NCBI GenBank assembly: GCA_025457665.1
Contig: JALOTY010000005.1
Span: 4,316-68,315, forward strand
Reading direction: 5' to 3'
DNA: 64,000 bases
Origin: Akkermansiaceae bacterium
Lineage (GTDB): Bacteria > Verrucomicrobiota > Verrucomicrobiia > Verrucomicrobiales > Akkermansiaceae
Within the stretch, counting starts at the first letter, position 1. Every line of letters begins with the position of its first letter. The position numbers and the translations under genes were made by a program. Positions 9,986-20,729 of this stretch are shown here, in pieces. Below the pieces are notes generated by a model, which searched no databases, was not told the DNA's origin, and saw only the letters and a program-made list of their open reading frames with translations.

Positions 9986-10561
9986 ATGCTCCGTCTGATT
10001 TCCGCCCTCCTCGCCGTTTTCATCAGCACCGTCCATGCGGAGAAAAATCCTGGTGAATCCATCGTCGAAGCCGCCCGCAGCCAGATCGGCGTGACCACCT
10101 CCTACGATCCCGCTTACGTCGCCCTCGCTTACCCCGGCGGTGATGTCCCGATGGACCGCGGCGTCTGCACCGATGTCGTCATCCGCGCCCTTCGCAAAGC
10201 ACTCCAGGCCGATCTGCAGGCCCTCGTTCACGCTGACATGCGCGCCCATTTCGCGAAGTATCCGAAAAACTGGGGACTCACGCGCACGGACCGGAACATC
10301 GACCACCGCCGCGTGCCGAACCTCCAGACCTACCTGAAACGCCGCGGGTTTTCTCTCCCGGTCAGCAAAGACCCCGCCGACTACCTTCCCGGCGACCTCG
10401 TCACCTGCACCGTGCCACCCCACCTGCCCCACATCATGATCGTCAGCGACCGCAAATCCGCCGATGGCACGCCGCTCATCATCCACAACATCGGCCGCGG
10501 CACAGTCGAGGAAGATCGCCTGTTCTCCTTCCCCCTCACCGGCCACTACCGTTGGAAGTAG
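9986..10561 (+). CDS. DUF1287 (YijF-like) exported protein
   Basis: Signal peptide; YDPAYVALAYPGGDVPMDRGVCTDVVIRALR, DRNIDHRRVPNL, PGDLV, HIMIVSD, HNIG motifs typical of DUF1287. Confidence 0.85.
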   Translation: MLRLISALLAVFISTVHAEKNPGESIVEAARSQIGVTTSYDPAYVALAYPGGDVPMDRGVCTDVVIRALRKALQADLQALVHADMRAHFAKYPKNWGLTRTDRNIDHRRVPNLQTYLKRRGFSLPVSKDPADYLPGDLVTCTVPPHLPHIMIVSDRKSADGTPLIIHNIGRGTVEEDRLFSFPLTGHYRWK

Positions 10562-10626
10562 CAGGCCTTTGAGAAAGGTCCCGGATCCGGGATTGCGCGA
10601 TGGCTGCGGACCGCTAGCTTCCCCGC

Positions 10627-11748
10627 ATGGCCATTGCCGATTTCGCCAACCGCTTCGTCTGCGACCTCCACGCCTATCAGACCGGCAAACCCATCGAGGA
10701 AACCGCCCGCGAACTCGGGCTCGACCCCGCCGCCATCATCAAGCTCGCCTCCAACGAGAACCCGCTCGGCCCCTCGCCCAAAGCCCGCGAAGCGATCCGC
10801 CGCGCCGCTGAAAAGGCCCACATCTACCCGGACGGTGCCGGATACCGCCTGCGCGAAGCCATCGCCGCCAAGTTCGGCCTCGGCATGGAAAACGTGATTC
10901 TCGGCAACGGCTCGAATGAAATCATCGAACTCCTCTGCCACAGCTTTCTCAATCCCCGCGCCGGCCTCATCGCCGCCGAACACGCCTTCGTCGTTTACAA
11001 ACTGATGGCCACCCTCTTCGGCGCGAACTACATCGAAGTCCCCGATCCCGGCTTCGTCCACGACCTCGATGCCATGGCCGCCGCCATCACTCCGGACACC
11101 CGTCTCGTCTTCATCGCCAACCCTAACAACCCCACCGGCACCGTCGTCGGCCAGGAGGAAATCGACCGCTTCATGGCCCGTGTGCCCGATCATGTGGTCG
11201 TCTGCTTCGATGAAGCCTACCACGAGTTCCTCGAAAACGCCCCCGACACCCTCCGCTACGTCCGCGAGGGCCGGAACGTTTGTGTCCTGCGCACCTGCTC
11301 CAAGGTCCACGGCCTCGCCGCCCTGCGCATCGGTTACGGCCTTGCCTCGCCCGCCGTCGCCGCCGTGCTCCAGAAGGCCCGCCAGCCCTTCAATACCAAC
11401 CAACTTGCCCAAGACGCCGCCCTCGCCGCCTTGACCGACGACGACCACGTCCGCCGCACCTGCGAGCTGAACCGCGAAGGCCTCGCCTTCTGGCAGGACG
11501 CCTTCACCACCCGCGGCCTGCACTTCGTCCCCAGCGTGGCGAACTTCGTCCTCGTCGAAGTCGGCGATGGCGATGCCCTCTTCGCCGCCATGCTCCGCCA
11601 GGGCGTCATCGTCCGTGCCATGAGTTCCTACAAGCTGCCCGGCTGGGTCCGCATCAGCATCGGCACCATGGAGGAAAACCGTCGTGCCTTGGAGGTCATG
11701 GATCTCGCCCTCGCCGGGATTCGCACGCCCGCCGGGATCCCCGCTTGA
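10627..11748 (+). CDS. hisC: Histidinol-phosphate aminotransferase
   Basis: IKLASNENPLGPSP, GNGSNEII, IANPNNPTG, DEAYHEF, RTCSKVHGLAALRIGY (PLP lysine). Confidence 0.92.
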   Translation: MAIADFANRFVCDLHAYQTGKPIEETARELGLDPAAIIKLASNENPLGPSPKAREAIRRAAEKAHIYPDGAGYRLREAIAAKFGLGMENVILGNGSNEIIELLCHSFLNPRAGLIAAEHAFVVYKLMATLFGANYIEVPDPGFVHDLDAMAAAITPDTRLVFIANPNNPTGTVVGQEEIDRFMARVPDHVVVCFDEAYHEFLENAPDTLRYVREGRNVCVLRTCSKVHGLAALRIGYGLASPAVAAVLQKARQPFNTNQLAQDAALAALTDDDHVRRTCELNREGLAFWQDAFTTRGLHFVPSVANFVLVEVGDGDALFAAMLRQGVIVRAMSSYKLPGWVRISIGTMEENRRALEVMDLALAGIRTPAGIPA

Positions 11749-11779
11749 GTCCGCGCCAGCCTTCCTCCACCCTCCTCTT

Positions 11780-13118
<1,339 letters not shown>

Positions 13119-13132
<14 letters not shown>

Positions 13133-14456
13133 CACCATCGCCGCCATCGCCACCGCCGGAGGCACCGGAGCTGTCGCCCTCATCCGCGTCTCCGGCCCCG
13201 CCGCCATCGATGTCGCCACACGCGCCTGCCTCCAAGCACCCGGCCCCGCTCGCCGGGCCAGCCTACGCACCATCCGCGACAGTGCCGGCCGCGTTCTCGA
13301 TCAGGTCCTCCTCACCCTCTTCGTCGCCCCCGCCTCCTACACCGGGGAAAACACCATCGAAATCACCACCCACGGCGGCCGCCTCGTCACCCGCCGCGTC
13401 CTCGAACGCCTCCTCGAATGCGGCGCCCGCCACGCCCGCCCCGGCGAGTTCACCGAACGCGCCTTTCTCCACGGCAAGCTCGACCTCACCCAGGCCGAGG
13501 CCGTCATGGACCTCATCTCCGCCCAGTCCGACCTCGCCCTCCGCGCCGCCCACGAGCAGCTCGATGGCCGCCTCGGCCAACTCACCGAGTCCCTCCGCAC
13601 CGACCTCATCGGCCTCGTCGCCCACGTCGAGGCCTGGATCGATTTCCCCGAAGAAGACATCGACCCCGAAACCGGCTCCGCCCTCGATTTCCGCATCGCC
13701 TCCCTCCAGGACCGCATCGCCTCCCTCCTCGCCACCGCCGATCAAGGCCGCATCCTCCGCGAAGGCCTCCGCACCGTCCTCTGTGGCCTGCCCAATGCCG
13801 GGAAATCCAGCCTTCTCAACCGCCTCCTCGGCACCGCCCGCGCCATCGTCAGCGATACCGCCGGCACCACCCGCGATACCATCGAGGAAATGCTCGTCGT
13901 CGATGGTGTCCCCCTCCGCCTCATCGATACCGCCGGCCTCCGCCTCGCCGGCGATGACATCGAAGAAGAAGGCATCCGCCGCGCCCACCTCGAAGCCACC
14001 CGGGCCGACCTCCGCATCCTCGTCGCCGATGCCTCCCTGCCGCCCAGCGCCGCCCTCCCGCCCGATCTTCCTGCCGCCCCGCGGGAAATCCTCGTTCTGA
14101 ACAAGTCCGATCTCGGCATCCACCCCGCCTGGGACGCCCCCGATGCCCTGCCCCTCTCCTGCCACACCGCCACCGGTATCGATGCCCTCCGCCGGAAAAT
14201 CCGCGAACTGGCCGACCTCGGCGAGGCGGATTGGGGCGAACACTCCGTCGCCGTCAACGCCCGCCATCGCGACTGCCTCCAAACCGCCGCCGCCGCCCTC
14301 ACCCGCGCCCGCGAACTCCTCGCCGCCGCCGCCGCCGCGGAAATGGCCGCCCTCGACCTCCGCGAAGCCCTCGATGCCCTCGGCGAAATCGCTGGAAAGG
14401 TCGATAGCGAGGAAATCCTCGGTGAAATCTTCTCCCGCTTCTGCATCGGAAAATGA
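13119..14456 (+). CDS. mnmE: tRNA modification GTPase MnmE
   Basis: DTIAAIAT, SYTGEN, PGEFTERAFLHGKLDLTQAEAV, GLPNAGKSSLLN, GTTRD, DTAG, NKSD, C-terminal IFSRFCIGK. Confidence 0.97.
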
Positions 14457-15145
14457 ACCTCGTCATCCTCACCGGCGCAGGCATTTCCGCGGAATCCGGC
14501 ATCCCCGTCTTCCGCGGCAGTGATGGGCTTTGGGAAGGCCACCGCGTCGAAGACGTGGCCACCCCCGATGGCTTCCGGCGCGATGCCGAAACCGTCCACC
14601 ACTTCTACAACCTCCGCCGCAGCCGCCTCCTCGAAGTCACCCCCAATCCCGCCCACCTCGCCCTCGCCCACCTCGCCCGCCACTGGCCCGGACGGCTCAC
14701 CCTCATTACCCAGAACATCGATGACCTCCACGAACGCGCCGGCTCACCGGACGTCATCCACATGCACGGCGAACTCCTGAAATCCCGCTGCACCCACTGC
14801 GGTGCCGTCGCCCCCTGCACCACCGATCTCTCCCGCGCCTCCCTCTGCCACGCCTGCGGCGGCATCGATGTCCTCCGGCCCCACGTCGTCTGGTTCGGTG
14901 AAATGCCCTTCCAGCTCGGCCTCATCGAACGCGAAATCCAGCAAGCCCACCTCTTTGCCGCCATCGGCACCTCCGGCCGCGTTTACCCCGCCGCCGGATT
15001 CGTCAGCCTCGCCCGCTCCTGCGGGGCCCGGACTCTCGAAATCAATCTCGATTCCACCCGCTCTTCCCCGGACTTCGATGAAATCCTCAGCGGCCCCGCC
15101 AGCGAAACCGTTCCCCACTGGGTCCGCGAACTGCTCGATTCCTGA
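14453..15145 (+). CDS. cobB: NAD-dependent protein deacylase (sirtuin)
   Basis: GAGISAESGIPVFRG, TQNIDDLHERAG, HMHGEL, Zn-binding CTHC/CHAC, RPHVVWFGE, IGTSGRVYPAAG. Confidence 0.93.
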   Translation: MNLVILTGAGISAESGIPVFRGSDGLWEGHRVEDVATPDGFRRDAETVHHFYNLRRSRLLEVTPNPAHLALAHLARHWPGRLTLITQNIDDLHERAGSPDVIHMHGELLKSRCTHCGAVAPCTTDLSRASLCHACGGIDVLRPHVVWFGEMPFQLGLIEREIQQAHLFAAIGTSGRVYPAAGFVSLARSCGARTLEINLDSTRSSPDFDEILSGPASETVPHWVRELLDS

Positions 15146-15181
15146 TTTGCATTTCCCGCCAATCCGCCAACCCTTTCCCCC

Positions 15182-17833
15182 ATGAGAGCCGCCCTCGCCC
15201 TCCTTTGCCTCGTTTCCACCTCCGTGGCGGCACCCTCGGAGCAGGCGAAACCTGTCGATTCCTCGGAACTCATCCGCGACCTCGGAGACGATCGCTACCC
15301 CGTCCGCGTCCGCGCCAGCCACGAACTCTGGTCCCGCGGCGAGTCCGCCCTGCCGCTTCTCGAAAAAGCCATCCAGAGCCCCGACCCCGAAGTCGCCGCC
15401 CGTGCCCGCGACGTCCACCGCAAGATCCGCATCGGCATCCTCCCGGAAAGCCCGCCCGAAGTCGTCGCCCTCGTCGAACAATACGACTCCGCCAATCCCG
15501 CCAAACGCCGCGAGATCATCGCCAGCCTCAAAAAACTCCGCGCCTGGCGGCAAGTCCTCCGCCTCTACCAGTTGGAACAGGACCCCGCCACCCTCTCCGC
15601 CATCGCCGAGGAAATGGAAGGCGTCGCCGTCTCCGCCGCCCGCGAACTCCTCGCCAGCGAAACCCCCGACTACCCCGGCGCCCGCGAAATGCTCGAACTC
15701 GGCCGCAAGGACCCCGGCCAAATCATGGCCCTTGCCGATTTCCTCCGCTTCCGTGGCGAACTCGATACCACTCTCCGCCAGCTCCGCGAACCCCGTTCGG
15801 AGGCCTCACGCCTCCGCCGCGCCTTCTTTCTCGCCGCCGCCGGCCGCCCCCTCGATGCCGCCCGCGAGGCGGAACTCGGGAAATACACCGAAACCGCCGC
15901 CCGCCTCCACCTCCTCGCCGGCGATCCCGTCCCCTGGCTCTCCCATGCCAAAATCCCCGATCGCGAAATCCCCCCCGCCGCCCTCGAAGCCTACCGCCAG
16001 GCCGCCGTCGGCCTCTGGAAAAACCAGCCCGTCCCCGCCGCCTTCACCAAAGACCTCGTCCAAAGCATCACCACCGCCGATGACGACGAATCCTGGCACT
16101 CCCTCGGCATCCTCTACGCCCTCGGCCTCCATGCCGAAGCCGATCGCGCCCTCGCCCGCATCGATCCCGTCAGCGCCTTTTCCCTCTTCGATTCCCTTGA
16201 GGACATCGATGAAGCCCTCCGCGTCCTCGGTCTGGATCCCGCCAAGCCCGACTTCGCCGCCTGGACCGCCAAACGCTTCGAAGTCCTCATCGATGAACCC
16301 GGCGATCGCGGCAACGAAATGTCCGAACTCGCCATCCTCGGATCTTTCCTCGAACGCCGCGGCGAAATCCGCCTCCTCGACGACCTCTTCACCCCGCCCC
16401 TCATCACCATCGGCAAGGACGACCCCGAAGCCTTCATCGAAATCATCGGCGAATTCTTCGGCGGCGCGAACTACGAGACCTCTCGTATCACCAGCCCCGT
16501 GATCAAGGCCGCCGCCAGCTTCGCCGGCGATGATGAAGTCCGCCTTGCCGCCGTCCTCGCCGCCATCCTTGGCGAAGGCGAACACGTCAACCAGGTCTGG
16601 GAAACCCTCGATGCCTACATGCCCGGGGCCGATCTCGCCAGCCGCCTCCGCACCGCCGCCGCCATCCTCGGCACCGTGCCCGATACCCAGGGCGATTTCC
16701 CCAAATGGTGGGACCTGACCCTCGCCTCCACCACCGAGGGCCAGCCCTTCGAGCGCACCGAACGCCTCGGCCTCCTCGCCGCCGTCGCCATGCTCAATCC
16801 CGATGCCCGGCGCTTCCTCGATGTCCTCGAGCGCGCCGAAGCCGCCGGCTTCAAAATCACCGAACTCGGCGGCTTCAGCGAAGACTTCGGCTTCAGCGAA
16901 TGGCGGCCCGAATGCATGCTCGCTCTCGGCCAGTGGAAAGAACTCGCCGCCCTCTACGAAGCCGCCCTCCCGAACAATCCCTGGGATGTCGAACTCCTCA
17001 TCCGCTGCGCCGCCACCCTCCGCCGCGCCGGTCAGGAAAAACTCGCCGCCGAACGCGAAAAAACCGCCGAACGCCTCGTCCTCGGCGATACCGGCATCAT
17101 GCGCCGCATCGGCCAGATCTATTCCTCTTTCGGCGACTTCAAACGCGCCGCCGATTGGTGGAACCGCGGTGCCCTCGCCTCCGTCGCCGCCGATGGCGAA
17201 TTCCTCTACTGCGGCATGCTCCTCGGCCTCGAAGCCAAGAACCAGGGCGATTGGAAACTCGCCTCCTCGCTCGGCGAAATGACCCTTCTCTTCCAGGTCA
17301 TGCGCGGCGATTTCCGCGATGAACAACTCCCCATCCTGCGCTCCCGTCGCGAAATCCACGTCGCCCGCGCCCTCGCCCTCCTGCGGACCGATCGCTCCAC
17401 CGCCCTTGAGCTTCTCGACTCCGCCGGCCCCGGTTCCGCCATTGATGGTTCCATGGCCGATTTCTTCTTCGAGCCCCTTCGCCGGGCCGGCCTCACCGAC
17501 CGCCACGACCGCTATTTCGAAATCGTCTGGGACCGCCAGAACCGCGTCGTCCAGCGATACCCGGGAAGTTACAACACCATGAACTCCCTCGCCTGGATCG
17601 CCTCCCGCGCCTGCCGCCGGCTCGATGAAGCCGAGGCCCTTGTCACCCGCGCCCTCGACCTCATGCCCCGTCAAGCGGCCTACCTGGATACCCTTGCCGA
17701 AGTCCACTTCGCCCGCCGGGATCGCGGCAAAGCGGTCGAATTTTCCCTGCAAGCCGTCGTCCGTGATCCTTCGGACAGCGGCCTTCTCCGCCAGTATGTC
17801 CGTTTTGCCGAGGCCCCCTTCCCTCCGCCCTGA
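15182..17833 (+). CDS. Large exported helical-repeat (HEAT/TPR-like) hypothetical protein
   Basis: Signal peptide; LIRDLGDDRYPVRVRASHEL (HEAT-like start); C-terminal NSLAWIAS...AAYLDTLAEVHFARRD (TPR-like). Confidence 0.7.
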   Translation: MRAALALLCLVSTSVAAPSEQAKPVDSSELIRDLGDDRYPVRVRASHELWSRGESALPLLEKAIQSPDPEVAARARDVHRKIRIGILPESPPEVVALVEQYDSANPAKRREIIASLKKLRAWRQVLRLYQLEQDPATLSAIAEEMEGVAVSAARELLASETPDYPGAREMLELGRKDPGQIMALADFLRFRGELDTTLRQLREPRSEASRLRRAFFLAAAGRPLDAAREAELGKYTETAARLHLLAGDPVPWLSHAKIPDREIPPAALEAYRQAAVGLWKNQPVPAAFTKDLVQSITTADDDESWHSLGILYALGLHAEADRALARIDPVSAFSLFDSLEDIDEALRVLGLDPAKPDFAAWTAKRFEVLIDEPGDRGNEMSELAILGSFLERRGEIRLLDDLFTPPLITIGKDDPEAFIEIIGEFFGGANYETSRITSPVIKAAASFAGDDEVRLAAVLAAILGEGEHVNQVWETLDAYMPGADLASRLRTAAAILGTVPDTQGDFPKWWDLTLASTTEGQPFERTERLGLLAAVAMLNPDARRFLDVLERAEAAGFKITELGGFSEDFGFSEWRPECMLALGQWKELAALYEAALPNNPWDVELLIRCAATLRRAGQEKLAAEREKTAERLVLGDTGIMRRIGQIYSSFGDFKRAADWWNRGALASVAADGEFLYCGMLLGLEAKNQGDWKLASSLGEMTLLFQVMRGDFRDEQLPILRSRREIHVARALALLRTDRSTALELLDSAGPGSAIDGSMADFFFEPLRRAGLTDRHDRYFEIVWDRQNRVVQRYPGSYNTMNSLAWIASRACRRLDEAEALVTRALDLMPRQAAYLDTLAEVHFARRDRGKAVEFSLQAVVRDPSDSGLLRQYVRFAEAPFPPP

Positions 17834-17921
17834 GCCATCCTGAATCCCGCTCAAGCGTCTTCATTTCCGTGCTTGCCCCCCTGGCCCTGCCAAGCCATAT
17901 CCACCGCACCGCGAATCATCA

Positions 17922-18011
<90 letters not shown>

Positions 18012-18059
18012 TCCGGTTTTTCTTGAGGCGTTGAACTGGCTGATGCGCCAGGTATTAGA

Positions 18060-18149
18060 GATGACCCTGTTGACAGAGGTGACAAAGTTGACCCCGTCAA
18101 CAACGTCAACAACGTCAATCCCGTCAACCCCGTCAACCCCGTCAACAAC
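18060..18149. repeat. 9-bp-period repeat array with core GTCAAC: inverted units followed by direct units
   Basis: GATGAC/GTTGAC/GGTGAC/GTTGAC at 18060, 18069, 18078, 18087, then GTCAAC/GTCAAT at 18096, 18105, 18114, 18123, 18132, 18141; every unit is 9 bp apart. Confidence 0.9.
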
Positions 18150-18158
18150 ATCCCCCCC

Positions 18159-18917
18159 ATGTCCGAGCTTTTTGACAAACACGGTGGCTTTCGCAAACTC
18201 CACTCGTTCACGCTGGCCACCATCGTGCAGCTCGAGACCCTGCGCTTCTGCCGACGCTTCCTCACCCACGACCACCGCGAGGCGCCGGAAAAATTCTACG
18301 ACCCCAAAGGCCGCCAATACGACCAAATGACCCAAGCCGCCCGCAGCGGACGCCAGAACATCATCGAAGGCTCGGAACGCTCGTCCACCTCCAAGGACAC
18401 GGAGATGAAACTCACCGATGTCGCCCGCGCCAGCCTCAGCGAACTGCGGGGGGATTACGAGGTCTTCATCATCGACAGCGGCGAGCTTCCATGGTCCGTC
18501 CACTCCGAGGAAGCCCGCGCGGTGAATGCCATTTCCATCGATGACGCCCCCTTCACGGACGACGTGGTCCATCAGTCTGCCAAGCACGCGCTGACTCAAC
18601 GCCGGAAATACGCCCCTTGGCTGGACTCGCAGGACCCCGTGGTGTTTGCCAATGCCATGTTGCTCATCATCGGCCGGGCCTTGAACATGCTGAAAAGCCA
18701 GATCGCCGCGCAAGGCAAGGCCTTCGAGGAAAGCGGTGGATTCAACGAGCGCCTGATGACTAAACGCCTCGAAGCCCGCGAAGGCCAGCGCGCCACCGAA
18801 CCCGCCCCCAACTGCCCGAAATGCCAAGCACCCATGCGCCGCAGAAAATCCGCCAAAGGAGAATTCTGGGGCTGCACCGCTTACCCGGACTGCAAGGGAA
18901 CGAAAGCTCTGGAATGA
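18159..18917 (+). CDS. Four-helix-bundle (23S rRNA IVP-like) protein with suffix domain and C-terminal topoisomerase-type C4 zinc finger
   Basis: GGFRKLHSF, DQMTQAARSGRQNIIEGS, KLTDVARASLSELRGDYE, ANAMLLII, FEESGGFNERL, CPKCQAPM...FWGCTAYPDCKG. Confidence 0.88.
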   Translation: MSELFDKHGGFRKLHSFTLATIVQLETLRFCRRFLTHDHREAPEKFYDPKGRQYDQMTQAARSGRQNIIEGSERSSTSKDTEMKLTDVARASLSELRGDYEVFIIDSGELPWSVHSEEARAVNAISIDDAPFTDDVVHQSAKHALTQRRKYAPWLDSQDPVVFANAMLLIIGRALNMLKSQIAAQGKAFEESGGFNERLMTKRLEAREGQRATEPAPNCPKCQAPMRRRKSAKGEFWGCTAYPDCKGTKALE

Positions 18918-18982
18918 GTTTATGAACGGCATTGACCCCACTGTCAGCGTCGGCAACGAAGTCCGCACTCTGGATTCAGAGC

Positions 18983-19573
18983 TCAAGGCTTGAGCACCGG
19001 GGCGACGGAGGCGTCATCGCCGCGCCAGCGATCGAAGACCGCCTTGGCTTCGACACGCACGGAGTCATCGGCAAGGACCGGGATGTTGAGGTGGTCGAGA
19101 CGGTGGAAATCCAGCGGATACTGCTTGCCGCGGCGGAGCAGGGTGACATTGCGTCCGCCGAATTCATCGCGTCCGCCGGCAGCATCGATGGCCTGGATGA
19201 TCGTCATGCCCTTGCGCCAGGGCACCTGGCCGTTGCGCTTCACATTTCCGCCCACGGTGATGATCGCGCCGACCTGTTGGATGTCTTTTTTCGCCACGAC
19301 CTCGATGGCCGGATTCGCATAGATCCCGGAGCGGCGGTAGGCAGCCTCCGAACGCCGGGCCAGTCCAGCCGGAGTCAGTCCCGCGGCCGGAATGCTATCA
19401 TCCAGCATGGGCAGGCGGATCCGCCCTTCATCGTCCACCGTGTAATCGCCATCGATCTCCTTCTGCGCCGCCGGTGCGCCCCTCATGGTCAGCGTGACCA
19501 CATCCCCCACCGTGAGCACCTGCCCGCAAAGGATCGCGGGAAACATCAGCAGCACGAAAAACAGCTTCTTCAT
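18983..19573 (-). CDS. Polysaccharide biosynthesis/export family protein (Poly_export plus SLBB)
   Basis: Start MKKLFFVLLMF at 19573; YTVDDEGRIRLPML, AAGLT, ITVGGNVKRNG, TIIQAIDAAGG. Confidence 0.82.
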   Translation of the reverse strand: MKKLFFVLLMFPAILCGQVLTVGDVVTLTMRGAPAAQKEIDGDYTVDDEGRIRLPMLDDSIPAAGLTPAGLARRSEAAYRRSGIYANPAIEVVAKKDIQQVGAIITVGGNVKRNGQVPWRKGMTIIQAIDAAGGRDEFGGRNVTLLRRGKQYPLDFHRLDHLNIPVLADDSVRVEAKAVFDRWRGDDASVAPVLKP

Positions 19574-19721
19574 GCCGACCGACCTTAACTGGATTTCACT
19601 TTGTGTCAAAAAGTAAATAGCGGGAGGCTGAGCGCGGGAAAGAGGGCGATTCCTGCCAAAGCTCGCAAATTCGCCGAATCCCGGCATTGCCCCGGAACGA
19701 AAAAAGGGGGAGAGTCGTTTT

Positions 19722-20729
19722 GTGCAGAGAGATGGTGAAAGGAAATTCCCCCGCTGCTGGCCGATCGCGGCCGTGCTGGCGCTGGGAGCGCTTTCGTCCT
19801 GCGGGCCGGGCCTGCCCTTGCCCCAGGCATCCGCGAAGTGCCAGGTGGAAAGGGCCGAACGCACCGAACGGAAGCTCAAGGAAGAGACCTTTCCCTACCG
19901 CAAATGGATGCGAGCGGGAGCGGAGCCGGATGTGGTGGTCATCGGCCTCCACGGCTTCGGCGGGGCCACCGTGGACTACGCAAATCTCGGCAAACACCTC
20001 CTGCGCGAGCAGCCGAAAACCGCTCTCTATGCCTACGAAGTCCGGGGCCAGGGGAGCGATCCGAAACCGGCACGGCGCGGGGACATCGATGATCCCCAAA
20101 ACTGGTCGCGCGACCTGCTGGCCTTCACCGATCTGGTCCGCAGTCGACACCCCGATGCCCGGATCGTCTGGTTTGGCGAAAGCATGGGCGGACTGATCCT
20201 TTCGCGCACCTACCGGCAGGAAATCGATGCCGGCCGCCCCTCGCCCTGCGACGCGCTGGCCCTGTCCTCACCCGTGGTGAAGATCCGCGGTGATTTCCCG
20301 GTGTGGAAAAAAGAACTGGTGCGCACGGCATCCAAAGTCGCCCCGGTGGCCAGAATCCCGCTCGATGCCTTGGCTGGCGGCGAGGCGGTGCAGATGACCG
20401 AAAGCTCGAACCACCAGGACCAGAGCAAGACGAATTCGTGGAATGTCGAATCCCACACCCTCCGCTTGCTCGTCACCCTTGGCGACATGATCGAGGAAAT
20501 GCCGGAAAATGCCGCCCGTTTCCGTGAACCGGTTTTGGTGCTTCATGGCGGTCAGGATTTTTTCACCACGGCGGACGACGTGAAGGATTTCGTCCACCAC
20601 GTGCCGGGCCGCACGCCCTTGACGCGGCGCTACTACCCGGAGGCCCATCACCTGTTGATGTATGATGCCGGCAAGGACGAGGTGATCCGCGATATCGGTC
20701 GCTGGCTGAACCGCCTGCGTCGCGAGTGA
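19722..20729 (+). CDS. Alpha/beta hydrolase (lysophospholipase-like), probable lipoprotein
   Basis: Lipobox-like LSSC, GLHGFGG, RGQG, nucleophile elbow GESMGG, HGGQDFF, EAHHLL. Confidence 0.85.
   Translation: MQRDGERKFPRCWPIAAVLALGALSSCGPGLPLPQASAKCQVERAERTERKLKEETFPYRKWMRAGAEPDVVVIGLHGFGGATVDYANLGKHLLREQPKTALYAYEVRGQGSDPKPARRGDIDDPQNWSRDLLAFTDLVRSRHPDARIVWFGESMGGLILSRTYRQEIDAGRPSPCDALALSSPVVKIRGDFPVWKKELVRTASKVAPVARIPLDALAGGEAVQMTESSNHQDQSKTNSWNVESHTLRLLVTLGDMIEEMPENAARFREPVLVLHGGQDFFTTADDVKDFVHHVPGRTPLTRRYYPEAHHLLMYDAGKDEVIRDIGRWLNRLRRE

Noticed and set aside
18159-18917. Diversity-generating retroelement suggested by the Avd-related fold
   Set aside because: No reverse transcriptase and no template/variable repeat pair seen.
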